DNA of 64,000 bases from Zancudomyces culisetae HAW-14-8 (taxonomy: Eukaryota; Fungi; Kickxellomycota). The position numbers and the translations under genes are program-made. Location: assembly GCA_052426225.1 (NCBI GenBank), contig JBNJNM010000015.1, positions 434,001 through 498,000 of the forward strand, read 5' to 3'. A model generated the notes under the pieces. It saw only the letters and a list, made by a program, of their open reading frames with translations. It did not search any database and was not told where the DNA came from. Shown piece by piece: positions 60,301 through 64,000 of the stretch. Every line of letters begins with the position of its first letter. Positions within the stretch are counted from its first letter, which is position 1.

Positions 60301-61665
60301 AGTATCGAGCAGTGTAGTGAATCGGGATTTGTTATCAGTACATCGATAGGCTGCGTACCTCCCAATGATCTCCGCTGTTCCAATGGCGTATCACCATCAT
60401 ACACTACGATATTACACATTGAGGAGGTCTTGGAATCTCCCTTTTGAAGGAAACTTGAAAATATTTCATTGAGTTTTTGGAATTGGTCTTGTTGTAATGC
60501 CTTTGTTGGAAAAATAAGCAATGCAGTTTTCCTTTCTAATGAAATTTCAGAAAGTACCGTTTTCAATATGGCATGCTGAAATACAAGTGACTTTCCACTA
60601 CTAGTTGCCGTTGTGATTATGACGTTTTGGTTTTGATTTGTCTTTTTAATCGCCTCTGCCTGGTGGGAGTAGAGCTTCTCTATTCCCAGAGTTTCTTTGA
60701 ACTTTTGTAAAAACAACCCATTTTCTACTAAATTAAAGTCGTTACTGTCTGCATCAAATTCATCCTTATTATTCTGTTCATATACTGGATTTCGTCCTTC
60801 CTCGGAAAAGATGCTTTCCAAGTTTATTTGGCCAGTACAAAAATCGGCATTGAGTAACAGCTCAACTATTTTATTTTGATGCTGGAACTTACCAGCAGCA
60901 TTGTTTTCAAGGTTATCAATGCTCTTGGTTATTATCCCATGCTTTTCAAGAACATTTCTTGGTATATGTTTTAGACACAATTGCTCCAACCTTTTGGGAT
61001 GAAATTTTTCCTATTGATAGAAAATTTTGATTAGTTTTATCGAACCTCCCCCCTCCCTCCAGAAAAAGCCAAAATTGTAGTTTTATTTACCGAGTCCTCC
61101 GCATTTTGAAGCCAATCTTCTAAAAATTTATCAAACACATCAATCTTGTCCTTGACCAACTCCAGTGTGCTTTTATTTACAACAGCACTCGTAGTGTCCC
61201 TTTTAAGCTTTCGCTTTTTTTGCACCGTACCGGTATCGCTATCCTGTGTAAAGGAAATATATATCTGCACTTCCTCATTTGAGGTTTCTAACTTTATGTC
61301 GAGGCTCTCATGCATAATATCCTTTATTAGCACTAAGTCGATGATTGTGAAATTTCTATAAGAAGTTGTTAAGAATATTGATCAGCTTCACTCGAATTTC
61401 GCCACTGAGACGATTAGTTACCATAAACATGTTGTTTAGTATATTAAACAGTTGTATGAGGACTCAATGCGATACAAGTCGTTGTCTATGTTGCATGGTA
61501 TACAAGAGCTTACATTTTTGACATTTGTAATATTGACTTTGTTAATTGTTCAAATGAGGGATTCGAGTTTGTTTGCTTAACAAAGAGATAATAGATCATT
61601 GCGAAGGATTTGAAAGCAGCCCGTATCCTCGCTTTGCTAAATCGGCTTTTGTCACTGATGGGCAT
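57400..61665 (-). CDS. HRQ1: RecQ4-family helicase Hrq1 (DEAH + DUF1998); about 6 exons
   Basis: LYSHQAEA, TATSSGKSL, PTKALQQDQ, YDGDT, TNPD, DEVH, SATIENP, YRGGY, STSALELGIDIG, QQIGRSGR; spliced C-terminal Zn motif CVCKSGCFN|CIHLNTC; start MPISDK.. at 61665 inferred. Confidence 0.88.
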
Positions 61666-62190
61666 CTTTCATGTCTTTTTTCGTGTCATTTCGAGGCTAT
61701 ACGCATCCTAAATGCTCACAGTAAGCTGATTTATTTCGAAGTATTTAGTTAGGTAGTGTTTAATAGTTAGACTGTAGTACAAATATTAAATGATTGGAGT
61801 TGTTTAAATGATTATATTTTGAGGAAAACTCTTTTTTTGTTTGCACCACAGGCTCCAGACCTATACCTGTTTTTTATTTTTATTGCATTTGTTTACTCTG
61901 GTTTGATTTGATTTGATTTGGATGATTGTTATTTATTATTCATCATTTCAGAACCATAATAAACAGTTGGCAATATGCCAAATGCCAAACATCAAATACA
62001 GAATATTAAACATAAAAATCAAATATTAAACACAAACTATAATGGCAAATCACCCTACTAACTAGATATAAAAAATATGCAACTATGCTAGAATAATCTT
62101 ATTAATAGTACAAAATTTGTTTTTAAACAGAGCTCCTTTTCATAATCCAAGACCTATATTAACTGTTATAGTCACTTTACATAAACGACG

Positions 62191-63910
62191 TTAGTGCATA
62201 TAAATATTGATAAGCATAACTGTAATGGCACCCATGTAAATAGAAAAGTACACAAATGAGTGTCTAAGTGGCAAATAGCTTTCGATCTTTTTAGAGTGTA
62301 CTTCCCTTTCAAATAGATCAATTACCCCAACATATGCTAGTATTCCTCCTACTAAACCCTCGACTACACCTAGGAACGTAAGAACAGAAGTTTGATACGG
62401 ATAATACAAATTATGAAGACTGCACCCTAAGATCAAGCCCACAGTTATTGTGGAGCACAAAAAGGTATGGTGAAATAGGACTTTAAGAGCACCATGATTA
62501 AGCACATCCATCACCTGGGTTAGCACAGCGATACCCATAAATGAGGAATACAAGATTATTTCTCCCACAAAGACAAAATATTTCTCTTGCATGGTTGCTC
62601 CAACATATACTCCATTAAGAAGAAGTTGTGTCAATACTGCAAATTCCATAATATACAAGCTATACTTTCTGGAGGCAAAATTTATTTTTTCTCTGTCAAT
62701 TTTAAGTCTCTCATATGCCATCGTGCTTTGTCTTCCCTTATTTTTTTCGTTTATCGGTATTACCGCTGGGATATAATCTTTACTAAAAAGAAAGCTTTTT
62801 CTTGGAGGACTGTGGAATGCATTGTTTGGCTTAGCTATTCCTTGCTGGTTTCCTACATTATTTATTGTGTTGTTTCAATTATCCTTGGTGGAGAAATTAC
62901 TGAAATTAATGTTATTAGAGTTACCTTTAAAGTTATCATTAGCTGTGCCGTACTGCTGTACATTGACCTGAAAATTAGTATTTTGGTTAGCACCATTGTT
63001 TTTAAAATTTGCCTTCGGATCATGATTTTCAGGCGTTAAAAAACCATGCATATTGTAAGCATCATACGCATTTCCATTGGTCATTGGTATATTACGACCT
63101 TGATTTTGATCCTCCATAGGATTTAAGCATATATTATCTGGGTGGTATACCAGAGTTGGCTTGAACCCAATATCATAATGATTGGGTTGATTAGTGTTAT
63201 TTCCATTTGGCACGGCCAGCTTTTCAACGTTCCTATTGTGTATAGCTCTATACTCGTTCACCTGCTTATCAAAGCTAGGTTGCGTACTGTCTTGGTTTTT
63301 TATTTTTCTCATTTCCAAATCACTATATTTTCTTGGGCCACCCCCTTTTTTGTTGGTCAACATTTCGATTTCACTATCTTTTACTGCTATTACCAGTAAA
63401 TTTTGTATTAGCTGTGCCAAAAAGATTCCACAAACAAACATTATAGTTCCCCAAACATCTATATTTTTTTGAAGCGATGAGTTGCATTGATGATTAAGCT
63501 TGCTGGTTGAACTTGAAATATTTACAACGACTCTATGTACATAATACCAAGGCTACACATTACTTTTATTCATTATGATTGCAATCTATGAACATCCACC
63601 GCTCGCTAACACTTATTATGAATATCTATTTTTATACTTGATTCTGCAAACTACTGACCCGCAATGCGAGGAAATTCAATTATCAATATTCTTACCCTAT
63701 TGTTATTATCGCTCCAGCTGAAAAGTATTTTATAAAGTCGTAGGAGATTCTAAAGATTCGGAAAACCTTTAACACCCTACATGGTATCGGCAAAAATGTT
63801 GCGAATGACACCAATACTAGCACCATAAAAAAGGATGCTATGTGGTATTTAGTGTTCCAATCTTTGTAGTATCCCAAAGAACCACAATCGAATGCAACAG
63901 CTCTGTTCAT
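62191..63910 (-). CDS. ZIP (Zrt/Irt-like) family membrane protein, degenerate; introns 63695-63533 and probably 62924-62853
   Basis: DCG..DWNTKYHIASFFMVL..FLP (TM1), KYFSAGAII (TM2), LNHQC, long loop, LYIMEF (TM4), EGLVGGILAYVGVIDLF (TM7); 8-TM ZIP topology. Confidence 0.75.
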
Positions 63911-64000
63911 TTTAATATCAAATACCCTACCAAATTATTCTGTAGCTGACTTTTTTTATGTATTCAAAATCAAAATATATGCTTTTATTCTCTTTACTCT

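Noticed and set aside
1-64000. CRISPR arrays, rRNA or prokaryotic operon-like systems
   Set aside because: Eukaryotic intron-containing DNA; no repeat-spacer array or rRNA motifs seen

Overview
AT-rich eukaryotic (fungal) genomic DNA with GT-AG introns; the gene content suggests an early-diverging fungus, possibly Kickxellomycotina/Harpellales (inference only). It holds about 16 host protein-coding genes: beta-adaptin (partial), PP2C Ptc2/3, Bax inhibitor-1, tuberin/TSC2, a coiled-coil membrane protein with a KASH-like tail, a TBC1D9/Gyp2-like RabGAP, a scramblase-like protein, an orphan, a GRAB golgin, ARS2/Serrate, HPRT, ALG1, LCL3 nuclease, UTP22, HRQ1 helicase and a degenerate ZIP transporter. 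There are three tRNA genes (Arg-ACG, Lys-CTT, Ser-TGA). The standout element is a complete 5,083-bp Ty3/Gypsy LTR retrotransposon with apparently identical 367-bp LTRs, a 4-bp TSD, a single gag-pol ORF and a non-initiator tRNA PBS. It is inserted 7 bp upstream of tRNA-Lys, and its 3' LTR end places a TATAAATA at -36, almost exactly where the displaced native TATA (-37) sat. This is a candidate Pol III-targeting element that replaces the tRNA's promoter. Other notable signals are a kb-scale sawtooth G/C skew and many hexanucleotide repeats. Exon boundaries were traced by eye and are not verified by transcripts.
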